Assembly: GCA_026388535.1 (NCBI GenBank)
Contig: JAPLJP010000089.1
Location: 3,865-67,864 of the forward strand
Source: Deltaproteobacteria bacterium
GTDB lineage: Bacteria > Desulfobacterota > Syntrophia > Syntrophales > Smithellaceae
Direction of reading: 5' to 3'
DNA length: 64,000 nucleotides
This document shows positions 56,296 to 64,000 of the stretch, one piece after another; position 1 is the first letter of the stretch, and the number at the start of each line of letters is the position of its first letter. The position numbers and the translations under genes are program-made. The notes below the pieces were generated by a model. The model saw nothing but the letters and a program-made list of their open reading frames with translations. It searched no databases and was not told the origin of the DNA.

Positions 56296-57277
56296 TGAAG
56301 TTAACCTTCTTATCAATAATATAAAGCGGCCTTCGTTTAACCTCTTCATAGATGCGGCCAACATATTCTCCCATCAACCCCAAAGCAAGCAATTGCACAC
56401 CGGCGAAGAAGGTCACCACCAGCACCGTCGTCGACAAACCGGGTGTTAGAGGAAGACCTATTATCTTTTGAATCACATACCATCCGCCAAGGAGAAAGCT
56501 GAAGCACGAAAGTATAAAACCCGTTATCGACATTATCTGCAAAGGCCGAATGCCGAAACTGATCAGACCGTTTAATCCGATCTTGAGCGAGCCTGTAAGG
56601 CGGTTGTAATTGCCCTTTCCCGCAAAACGCTCATCACGGTCATATTCTACAAATGCCTGCTTAAAACCAACGTAGGCCACCAGACCGCGCAGAAATCCAT
56701 GGACTTCATTCAAGCGCCGCAATTCTTCAATCACACGCCTCGTCATGATACGGAAATCGCCGGTGTTACGGGGAATATTCACATCGCTCAATTTGTTAAT
56801 AACTGAATATCCGACATGAGCGATAATGCTTTTAATCAGCGTTTCCCCTTTGCGGGAACGCCGCTTGGCATACACAACCTCGTAGCCTTCATTGAGTTTC
56901 GCGTACATCTGCTCGATGAGTTCAGGTTGATCTTGCAGGTCAACGTCTATAATAACACATGTTTCCCCAGAACAGCTCAGGATACCGGCCATAGTTGCGG
57001 CCGGCTGCCCGAAACGCCGGGAAAACACCATCAGTTTTATATTTGGATTGCGGTTGATTTCTTCCATGATAACTTCTTCTGTCCGATCCGTCGAGGGGTC
57101 AAGGGTGAAGATGATTTCGTATGCCTTGCCCATTTGTGTAAACACTTTTTCAGTGCGTTCAAGAAATGGTCGAATATTAGCCTCTTCTTTATAAACAGGC
57201 ACAATGACTGAAATCTTGGCACTTCGGTCGCTTTTAATTTCTACTTTCGAATCTCTACTGGAGCTGTTTAAGTTCAC
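56288..57277 (-). CDS. Family 2 glycosyltransferase, polyprenol-phosphate sugar synthase type (GtrB/ArnC-like)
   Basis: Contains ISVIVPVYKEE and IIDVDLQDQPE, plus two C-terminal TM helices ending in MGEYVGRIY. Starts at a GTG preceded by GGGAGG. Confidence 0.85.
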   Translation of the reverse strand: MNLNSSSRDSKVEIKSDRSAKISVIVPVYKEEANIRPFLERTEKVFTQMGKAYEIIFTLDPSTDRTEEVIMEEINRNPNIKLMVFSRRFGQPAATMAGILSCSGETCVIIDVDLQDQPELIEQMYAKLNEGYEVVYAKRRSRKGETLIKSIIAHVGYSVINKLSDVNIPRNTGDFRIMTRRVIEELRRLNEVHGFLRGLVAYVGFKQAFVEYDRDERFAGKGNYNRLTGSLKIGLNGLISFGIRPLQIMSITGFILSCFSFLLGGWYVIQKIIGLPLTPGLSTTVLVVTFFAGVQLLALGLMGEYVGRIYEEVKRRPLYIIDKKVNFND

Positions 57278-57596
57278 GATGCATCCTCCCTTTTAACGAT
57301 CTACTCTGACTTGCAGAGTTCGAAACAGGTCAGCGGTAAACTTCAATTTAAATTACTCACACAAAAAAAGCGATGAACATATTTCCCCTGCTACGAATAA
57401 TTTAAAATTGTAAATTATAAACTAATCTTTAATAAACGGGATATTTTTAATATAATTATTAAATTGAATATGTTTTTTACATAACAGCCAACTGTGAAAT
57501 TGTCAAATCCTAGTTGGCTAAAGACATCTTTCGTTTTATAATATCACTATCCTGCGCCATCACACACAACGGCACAACATATTGCGGGTAAAATAA

Positions 57597-57625
57597 TTGA
57601 CATACAAACAGAACTTCCCTATACT
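57597..57625 (+). promoter_or_regulatory. Sigma70-type promoter of paralog 3
   Basis: TTGACA, then TACAAACAGAACTTCCC (17 nt), then TATACT. AAGGACGG precedes the ATG at 57651. Confidence 0.5.
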
Positions 57626-57650
57626 CCCCCTGCAAGCAAGGACGGATGAA

Positions 57651-58946
57651 ATGAAATACATCGAGAATGCGAATCAATATGTTATTTTTTGCTTAACAGT
57701 ATTACTTTTGCTTTTAGGCTTAAATTCGTTTTTTTTCATCATGAAAGAAGCCTTTGGTTATGGGTGTGGCACTTTTTTATTCCCTTCGGTTGATAGATTT
57801 GCAGATACAATAAAAACTTCTTTATCGTATAAAGAATTATTGCAGAATATCCCAAATTTCAACATGAGTATTATCGATAACCTTGATCCTCTTTATCAAC
57901 AGTATTTTTTTAATAATAACTATTTGAGTGAAGAGTTAAGTCATTTTCACTTAATGCCACTCACAACATTATTATGTATTCTTGTATGTTATGCAATTGG
58001 TTATGGATTATCTCCGTCATTGATTATGTGGACATTATTTTTATTCTGTATAATCTTACTATATTTCTCAACAAATCATATAATCAAATCATATAAAAAG
58101 AGCCTGTTGCTTGTTGTATTAGTAATTGTAAGCTACCCGTTAATATATATAGTCACAAGGGGAAACTATGCCGCATTTTTATGCGGCATAGGTGTTTTAG
58201 CTTTTTTAAATTCATTATTTATTAATAAAAAGCTTGATTTTTTAAGTTTGTTTTTATTTTCCATAGCATTAAATTTCCGACCAAATGCTCTACTTATTTT
58301 GCTTGCCCTTCCATTACTTTTGGGTATTCGTGAATCACTCTGGCCTGCATTCAAAATAGGATTAATTTCTTTACTAATTTATGTTCTTATTTATTTTATT
58401 GTACATTATATTTACCATGCTTATACAATTACAACATTCCTAAATGCGCTTGCAGTCTATAATAATTCATATTTTGCCGGCATTAGCGGTCTCTTTTTTA
58501 ACTCTTCCCTGCATGGAGCGTTAAAGTTATTGGGGGCATTATTTGAAATACCTCTTATTTATGCTACGTTGATGTTTTATATATTTTCAGTAATTATTCT
58601 AATAATATTAGCAATGCTTGTTTTTAAAAAAAAATCCATTACAGAATATTATCCGTTTATCTTGTCTTCTGTATATATATTATTAACCCCTGTAGCCGGA
58701 GATTATCACTTGATAATATTTGTTTTCCCCCTTTTTATTATTTATACCAATTACGACATATGGAAAAATGATAGGAATACATTAATACTTATTACTACCA
58801 GTACTCTGTTGCTACTTTCACCTAAGAATTATTATTTCTTCGCGCCGTATTTGAGTTTACAAATTATAATTAATCCGATGATAATGCTGTTAACAACTTT
58901 ATACTTATTATATAAAAATGAGAAAAATAATTTATTACAGGCGTAA
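57651..58946 (+). CDS. Polytopic membrane protein, paralog 3 of 3 (putative GT-C-type glycosyltransferase or polymerase)
   Basis: Contains GTFLFPSVDRFADT, YPLIYIVTRGNY, LNFRPNALL and GDYHLIIFVFPLF. It is the most divergent paralog and lies in strongly AT-rich DNA. Confidence 0.5.
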   Translation: MKYIENANQYVIFCLTVLLLLLGLNSFFFIMKEAFGYGCGTFLFPSVDRFADTIKTSLSYKELLQNIPNFNMSIIDNLDPLYQQYFFNNNYLSEELSHFHLMPLTTLLCILVCYAIGYGLSPSLIMWTLFLFCIILLYFSTNHIIKSYKKSLLLVVLVIVSYPLIYIVTRGNYAAFLCGIGVLAFLNSLFINKKLDFLSLFLFSIALNFRPNALLILLALPLLLGIRESLWPAFKIGLISLLIYVLIYFIVHYIYHAYTITTFLNALAVYNNSYFAGISGLFFNSSLHGALKLLGALFEIPLIYATLMFYIFSVIILIILAMLVFKKKSITEYYPFILSSVYILLTPVAGDYHLIIFVFPLFIIYTNYDIWKNDRNTLILITTSTLLLLSPKNYYFFAPYLSLQIIINPMIMLLTTLYLLYKNEKNNLLQA

Positions 58947-59264
58947 CCGTTGGATAGGATGAGCTAAATATCTAAGAAGATTAAGATAACATCACCAACA
59001 TAGCGCCAATGAGTCATCATTAACAAGATACCAATCATCAAAATTACCAGGCGAAAAAAGCGCAAATCACATGTCTTTTTTATTTTTCAAATTTTTGCAA
59101 ACCGCGAGAAATAACTTATACAAACATTATTTATCCAATAATAGGCAAGATTAAAGAAATAATTTTTAATCCTTTTTTTGCCTAAAAAAATGACCGGCCT
59201 TTTATTACAATATAACAGTTCTCTATCATCAACGGCCAACACAGCATCTTGTATATAATAATAA

Positions 59265-59293
59265 TTGACATAAAAGACCGAAATTCTTATAGT
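59265..59293 (+). promoter_or_regulatory. Sigma70-type promoter of the rfbF operon
   Basis: TTGACA, then TAAAAGACCGAAATTCT (17 nt), then TATAGT. The TTGACATAAAAGACC string is identical to the promoter at 22369-22397. Confidence 0.5.
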
Positions 59294-59391
59294 TCAAGCG
59301 TGAATAAGCAACGTCTCATCAAAAACAAAAGATATAGAGTTTTGGCATCGCGCTCTTTTTATAGCAGTACATTATTTGAGGAGGTATAAAC

Positions 59392-60174
59392 ATGAAAACA
59401 GTCATACTTGCCGGAGGCATCGGGTCCAGAATAAGCGAGGAAAGTCATCTTAAACCCAAGCCGATGATTGAACTGGACAACAACATGCCGATTTTATGGC
59501 ATATAATGAAATACTATTCGCATTTCGGACACAATGATTTTATTATCTGCTGTGGTTATAAAGGGTTTATTATAAAGGAATATTTCGCGAATTATTATCT
59601 GCATCGCTCTGATGTTACTTTTGATTTCACGAAAAAAAATGATCTGATAATTCATAATAACGTAGCCGAACCGTGGAAAGTCACTCTCGTTGATACAGGA
59701 ATCAATACCATGACTGGCGGACGCGTTAAAAGGATACGCAAATATGTGGAAGGTGAAACTTTCATGCTGACATACGGCGACGGTGTGGCGGATGTTGATT
59801 TGCGCGCGCTAATTGCTTATCATAAAAAAGAAAAGAAAACAGCCACTCTCACCGCTATTCAGCCCGGAGGCAGGTTCGGCACCATAGAAGTGAACAACAG
59901 AACCGGAAAGACAATTTTCTCGGAAAAGAGAAAAGAAGACGGCGGCTGGATAAACGGCGGATTCATGGTACTGGATCCGGGGATATTCAAATATTTAAAG
60001 GATGATAACACCATATTTGAAAGACAGGTTCTTGAAAGACTTGGTAAAGAAGACGAGCTTACGGTATACAAACATAACGGTTTCTGGCAGTGCATGGATA
60101 CCATGCGGGATAAGTCGTATCTTGACGGCCTTGTTGAAAAAGGCGAGGCGCCGTGGATGGTGTGGAAAAAATGA
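59392..60174 (+). CDS. rfbF: Glucose-1-phosphate cytidylyltransferase
   Basis: Contains VILAGGIGSRISEESHLKPKPM and HNGFWQCMDTMRDK, typical of RfbF/DdhA. Confidence 0.9.
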   Translation: MKTVILAGGIGSRISEESHLKPKPMIELDNNMPILWHIMKYYSHFGHNDFIICCGYKGFIIKEYFANYYLHRSDVTFDFTKKNDLIIHNNVAEPWKVTLVDTGINTMTGGRVKRIRKYVEGETFMLTYGDGVADVDLRALIAYHKKEKKTATLTAIQPGGRFGTIEVNNRTGKTIFSEKRKEDGGWINGGFMVLDPGIFKYLKDDNTIFERQVLERLGKEDELTVYKHNGFWQCMDTMRDKSYLDGLVEKGEAPWMVWKK

Positions 60175-61232
60175 GCCTGTCATTTTACAAAAATAAAAAA
60201 GTTTTTGTCACAGGTCATACGGGTTTCAAGGGTTCGTGGCTATGCCGCGCGCTTATCATCGCCGGCGCCGATGTTACAGGCTACGCACTGCGGCCGGAGA
60301 CAAACCCGGCTCTTTTTGAACTGCTTGGTCTGAAAAAAGATATGAAATCAGTCATTGCAGATATAAGAGATTACAGCGCGCTTTTAAAAAGCCTTAAATC
60401 GGCTAAACCGGAAATAATATTCCACCTGGCCGCCCAGCCGCTGGTAAGAGAATCATATAAAAAACCGGTTTATACCTATGAAACAAACGTGCTCGGCACG
60501 GTGAAACTGCTGGAGGCATGTAGATATATACCTTCCGCGCGCTCAATTGTAAATGTGACTACTGACAAGGTGTATGAAAATAAAGAAGACGACAGGTCTT
60601 TTAAAGAAAATGAAAACCTTTGCGGTTACGACCCGTATTCAAATTCAAAATCATGCTCTGACATTATCACGTACAGTTACAGAAATTCTTTTTTTTGCGA
60701 AAAGGATTCGCCCGCTCTTTCCACGGCGCGTTCCGGCAATGTTATCGGAGGCGGGGATTTTGCCGCTGACAGGATAATACCAGACTGCGTGCGAGCGGCG
60801 CAAAAAAATAAACCTGTAATAGTCAGAAATCCTAAATCAACAAGGCCATATCAGCACGTGCTTGACTGCCTTTCCGGTTATCTGCTGTTAGCTCAGAAAC
60901 AATACAATAATAAGAGACTCCAGGGAAGCTATAATTTCGGCCCTTAAAAAAGTGATTTCGTAAACAATGCCGCGCTTGTAAAAATGTTCTGCGGCAGTTT
61001 TGGCAACGGTTTGACGAGCGTTAATAAAAGCGATAATGGCCCGCACGAGGCTAAATTTCTAAAACTGGACATTACGAAAGCAAAAAAGGGGTTGGGTTGG
61101 AAACCGCGGCTGAATGTAAAAAAAGCCGTGGAACTGACAGTCGGATGGAGCAAGGAATACCTTATCGGTGGCGACATCGTTAATTGCATGGACCGGCAAA
61201 TTAAAGAATATTTTAAGGACAACCGTTGCTAA
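60171..61232 (+). pseudogene. rfbG: CDP-glucose 4,6-dehydratase interrupted by one in-frame TAA
   Basis: Contains VFVTGHTGFKGSWL and YSNSKSC. After ...SYNFGP comes TAA (60945-47). The same frame then continues ...HEAKFLKLDITKAKKGLGWKP..., which is the conserved RfbG C-terminus. Confidence 0.85.
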
Positions 61233-61234
61233 AG

Positions 61235-62569
61235 ATGAATAAAGAAAAGCAGGCAAGAAAAAAGATATTAAAAAGCGTGACCCAATACTGCGCGCTTTAT
61301 CACAAGAAGAAACCCTACGCCGCGGGAGACAGGATCCCGTACGCGGGCAGGATTTACGACGCGAAAGAAATGGTAAACCTTGTTGACGCTTCGCTTGATT
61401 TCTGGCTTACCGCGGGCCGATATGCCGATAGATTTGAAAAGGAGTTCGCGGAATTTCTTGGAGTTAAAAAATGCCTGCTTGTCAATTCGGGTTCTTCCGC
61501 CAATCTGCTGGCGTTTATGGCTTTGACTTCGCCGCTTCTTAAAGAACGTGCGATAAAAAAAGGCGATGAGATCATAACGGTAGCGGCCGGGTTTCCGACC
61601 ACGGTCGCCCCCATAATTCAGTTCGGTGCTGTGCCTGTTTTTATAGATGTCACAATGCCGCAGTACAACGCTGATGAAACAATGCTGGAAAAAGCGCTCA
61701 GCAAAAAGACAAAGGCCGTTATGCTCGCGCACACGCTGGGCAATCCATTTGACATTAAATCAGTAAGAGAATTCTGCGACAAAAATGAATTGTGGCTGAT
61801 AGAGGATAATTGCGATTCACTTGGTTCCAGGTACAGTTATAAAGACGTATGGAAATATACCGGGACTATAGGAGATATCGGGACTTCGAGTTTTTACCCG
61901 CCTCATCACATGACCATGGGTGAGGGCGGCGCAGTTTATACCAATAACCCTATTCTATATAAAATAGCTTTGTCCATGAGGGACTGGGGCAGAGACTGCT
62001 GGTGCAAATCAGGCAAAGATAATACATGCGGTAAAAGGTTTGACGGTCAGTTTGGTGAACTGCCCAGAGGTTACGACCATAAATATGTATATTCCCATTT
62101 CGGGTACAATTTAAAAGCTACTGAAATGCAGGCGGCGATAGGCTGCGCTCAACTCAAAAAACTGCCGCGTTTTATAAAGAAACGCAAAGAGAACTGGGAA
62201 TACCTGAAAAAAAATCTTAAATCACTTTCAGATAAACTTATTTTACCCGAACCTGCGGAAAATTCAGACCCGGCATGGTTCGGGTTCCTGATTACTGTAA
62301 AAGAAAACGCCGGCGTTTCCAGGGAACAAATTGTACGGCACCTTGAGGCAAAGAGAATCCAGACAAGAATGCTTTTTGCGGGAAATCTGGTAAAGCACCC
62401 TTGTTTTGACGAACTTCGTAAAAACGGCGCTGGTTACAGGATTTCGGGAATTTTAAAAAACACTGACAGTATAATGAACAATACTTTCTGGATAGGCGTA
62501 TACCCGGGAATGACAAAAGTAATGCTCGGAACAATGGTAAAAGAAATAAAGCGCGTGTGCGGCGCATGA
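61235..62569 (+). CDS. rfbH: CDP-6-deoxy-D-xylo-4-hexulose 3-dehydrase-like (RfbH/DdhC, DegT family)
   Basis: A DegT/DnrJ/EryC1 fold with an RfbH-like N-terminus (IPYAGRIYDAKEMVNLVDASLDFWLTAGRY), and FYPPHHMTMGEGG where aminotransferases carry the PLP Lys. Confidence 0.85.
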   Translation: MNKEKQARKKILKSVTQYCALYHKKKPYAAGDRIPYAGRIYDAKEMVNLVDASLDFWLTAGRYADRFEKEFAEFLGVKKCLLVNSGSSANLLAFMALTSPLLKERAIKKGDEIITVAAGFPTTVAPIIQFGAVPVFIDVTMPQYNADETMLEKALSKKTKAVMLAHTLGNPFDIKSVREFCDKNELWLIEDNCDSLGSRYSYKDVWKYTGTIGDIGTSSFYPPHHMTMGEGGAVYTNNPILYKIALSMRDWGRDCWCKSGKDNTCGKRFDGQFGELPRGYDHKYVYSHFGYNLKATEMQAAIGCAQLKKLPRFIKKRKENWEYLKKNLKSLSDKLILPEPAENSDPAWFGFLITVKENAGVSREQIVRHLEAKRIQTRMLFAGNLVKHPCFDELRKNGAGYRISGILKNTDSIMNNTFWIGVYPGMTKVMLGTMVKEIKRVCGA

Positions 62570-62964
62570 GAGGGTTTATCAATAAGCTTTTTGAAGATAG
62601 AAAAGTTAGGTTTTTATTTGTCGGCGTGTTGAACACCATTTTCGGGTACGCCGTTTACGCCCTTTTCATTTATTTAAAGATGCATTACTTTCTCGCGCAA
62701 CTGTTTTCAAGCATTCTCGCGATTACACACAGTTATTTATGGAATAAGTACTTTACATTCAGGAGCCCGGAAAGGTCTGCTTCGGAAATAATAAGGTTTG
62801 TTTCAGTTTATGGGGTAAGCTACCTGCTGAATATGGGAATATTATATGTGAGCATAGAATTTTTTAAATGGAACGCTTATTTTGCCGGATTTATCTGTCT
62901 GCTTGTGACAACAGTGATAAGTTATGTCGGACATAATAATATTAGTTTTCAGGAATCAAAATAA
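62566..62964 (+). CDS. GtrA-family membrane protein
   Basis: The ATG forms an ATGA overlap with the rfbH stop. Contains FLFVGVLNTIFGYAVY, and WNKYFTF in the second half. Confidence 0.75.
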   Translation: MRGFINKLFEDRKVRFLFVGVLNTIFGYAVYALFIYLKMHYFLAQLFSSILAITHSYLWNKYFTFRSPERSASEIIRFVSVYGVSYLLNMGILYVSIEFFKWNAYFAGFICLLVTTVISYVGHNNISFQESK

Positions 62965-62984
62965 TCTGCGTGAGGAACAAGGTG

Positions 62985-64000
62985 ATGAAAATTAGAGTGG
63001 CAGATTACATTATAGAGAACCTTGTAAGCCTTGGAATAAAGGATATTTTTCTTTTATCGGGCGGCGGAGCCATGCATTTGATTGATGCCGTCGGTCGGAA
63101 TAAAAAAATAAAGTACATTGCCAATTTACATGAACAGGCATGCGGATTTGCCGCTGAAGGGTATTCGCGGCTCAAGAACAGCCTTGCTGCCTGTATAGTT
63201 ACGTCGGGGCCAGGCGGAACCAACGCGCTTACCCCGCTGATAAATTGCTGGCTTGACTCTGTACCGGTTATTTTTATTTCAGGGCAGGTAAAATTAAAGG
63301 ATACGATATACTCAAATCCTGACTTACGTCAATTTGGCGACCAGGAAATCAATATTATAGATATGGTAAAGCCGGTCACCAAACATGCCGTGATGTTGAC
63401 CGATAAATCGCAGGTAAGATTTGAGTTTGAAAAGGCATTGTATCTTGCTCAAGCAGGAAGGCCGGGGCCGGTATGGCTGGATGTGCCGCTTGACATCCAG
63501 TCGGCAGAGTTTAATCCAGATAAATATGCCGGCTTTACCGTTGAGAAACCCGGCAAGTCACCGGATATTGCCGCAATTGTTTCCAAAGTCATCGAAAAAC
63601 TGGAAAAATCCAAACGCCCGCTGATAACGGCCGGACAGGGAATCCGTATTGCGGGTGCGATTAAACCTTTTTTGGATTTGATTGAAACTATAAATGTGCC
63701 AACAGTTACGTCAATATTAGCAAAAGATATTTTGCCGTTTAACCATCCGTTATGCACGGGCTTGCCCGGGATCGCCGGTCAGCGCGGCGCTAATTTCGCG
63801 TGCGCAAATTGCGATCTGCTCATATCAATAGGTTCTCGCTTGATGCTGAGGCATATTGGGTTTAATTACGAATTGTTTGCCCGCGAAGCATACAAGATTG
63901 TTGTTGACATTGACGGTTATGAAGCAAGAAAAAAATCTATCTCAGCCGATATGCCGATAGAATGCGACGCGAAAGTTTTCATAGAAGAGTTGCTGCGTCA
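62985..64000 (+). CDS. Thiamine-diphosphate-dependent enzyme (acetolactate-synthase-like, YerE-like by context); 3' end outside the window
   Basis: This ORF is absent from the supplied track because it has no stop in the window. My translation from ATG 62985 (after GAGGAA) gives MKIRVADYIIENLVSLGIKDIFLLSGGGAMHLIDA...CIVTSGPGGTNALTPL...GRPGPVWLDVPLD, which is a ThDP N-domain plus middle domain. Confidence 0.8.
   Translation, partial: MKIRVADYIIENLVSLGIKDIFLLSGGGAMHLIDAVGRNKKIKYIANLHEQACGFAAEGYSRLKNSLAACIVTSGPGGTNALTPLINCWLDSVPVIFISGQVKLKDTIYSNPDLRQFGDQEINIIDMVKPVTKHAVMLTDKSQVRFEFEKALYLAQAGRPGPVWLDVPLDIQSAEFNPDKYAGFTVEKPGKSPDIAAIVSKVIEKLEKSKRPLITAGQGIRIAGAIKPFLDLIETINVPTVTSILAKDILPFNHPLCTGLPGIAGQRGANFACANCDLLISIGSRLMLRHIGFNYELFAREAYKIVVDIDGYEARKKSISADMPIECDAKVFIEELLR

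Noticed and set aside
58947-59264. AT-rich spacer after paralog 3, which might hide a gene remnant
   Set aside because: Only very short reading frames exist on either strand (for example ...FDDWYLVNDDSLALCW on the minus strand). There is no motif to support a pseudogene call.

Overview
The window is a bacterial chromosomal segment of moderate GC content with dense coding. I recognised no rRNA, tRNA, CRISPR array, transposase or integrase.

**1-4.5 kb:** the conserved rnpA-yidD-yidC-jag-mnmE block. mnmE is broken by an internal deletion plus frameshift.

**4.6-9.5 kb:** a PMT/TMTC-like membrane protein with TPR repeats, followed by a co-directional row of compact HDAC, Nudix, NRDE and sirtuin genes.

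**9.5-18 kb:** a tightly overlapping aromatic amino-acid operon on the minus strand. It runs DAHP synthase, aroB, pheA, aroD/E fusion, aroA, aroK, aroC, tyrA. Two terminator-like hairpins sit in its leader.

**18-38 kb:** mixed housekeeping and accessory genes:
- a patatin-like lipoprotein and an ABC-2 exporter
- a delta-60 repeat lipoprotein bracketed by two copies of a ~250-nt non-coding repeat, with a third rearranged copy at 34.7 kb
- thiolase, thioesterase, a HEAT-repeat protein, thiM-thiE
- an orphan gene with a leaderless-type promoter and an MFS transporter
- a rubredoxin-knuckle/DUF2231 membrane protein paired with an exported SOR-like protein
- an MtaD-like deaminase, periplasmic MsrAB, and an OYE flavoenzyme
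- a PfkB kinase preceded by a ~210-nt structured leader that I could not assign to any known riboswitch class

**38.7-64 kb:** a large surface-glycan locus, the most unusual part of the window. It contains:
- a GDP-D-glycero-alpha-D-manno-heptose operon (transaldolase, gmhB, gmhA, hddC, hddA) with redox and methyl tailoring genes
- a CDP-3,6-dideoxyhexose set (rfbF, rfbG, rfbH) followed by a YerE-like ThDP enzyme
- two GtrA proteins and two GT2 polyprenol-phosphate sugar synthases
- a UGM-like flavoprotein
- one large polytopic membrane protein and three mutually paralogous polytopic membrane proteins, two of them in visibly AT-rich islands

No Wzx, Wzy, Wzz, ABC exporter or initiating phosphoglycosyltransferase is recognisable in the window.

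Two genes in this locus are disrupted. A Zn-ribbon methyltransferase is frameshifted inside one of two closely spaced G7 tracts, which makes it a phase-variation candidate. rfbG carries a single in-frame TAA.

All family calls come from motif recognition in the translated ORFs. No database search was run.
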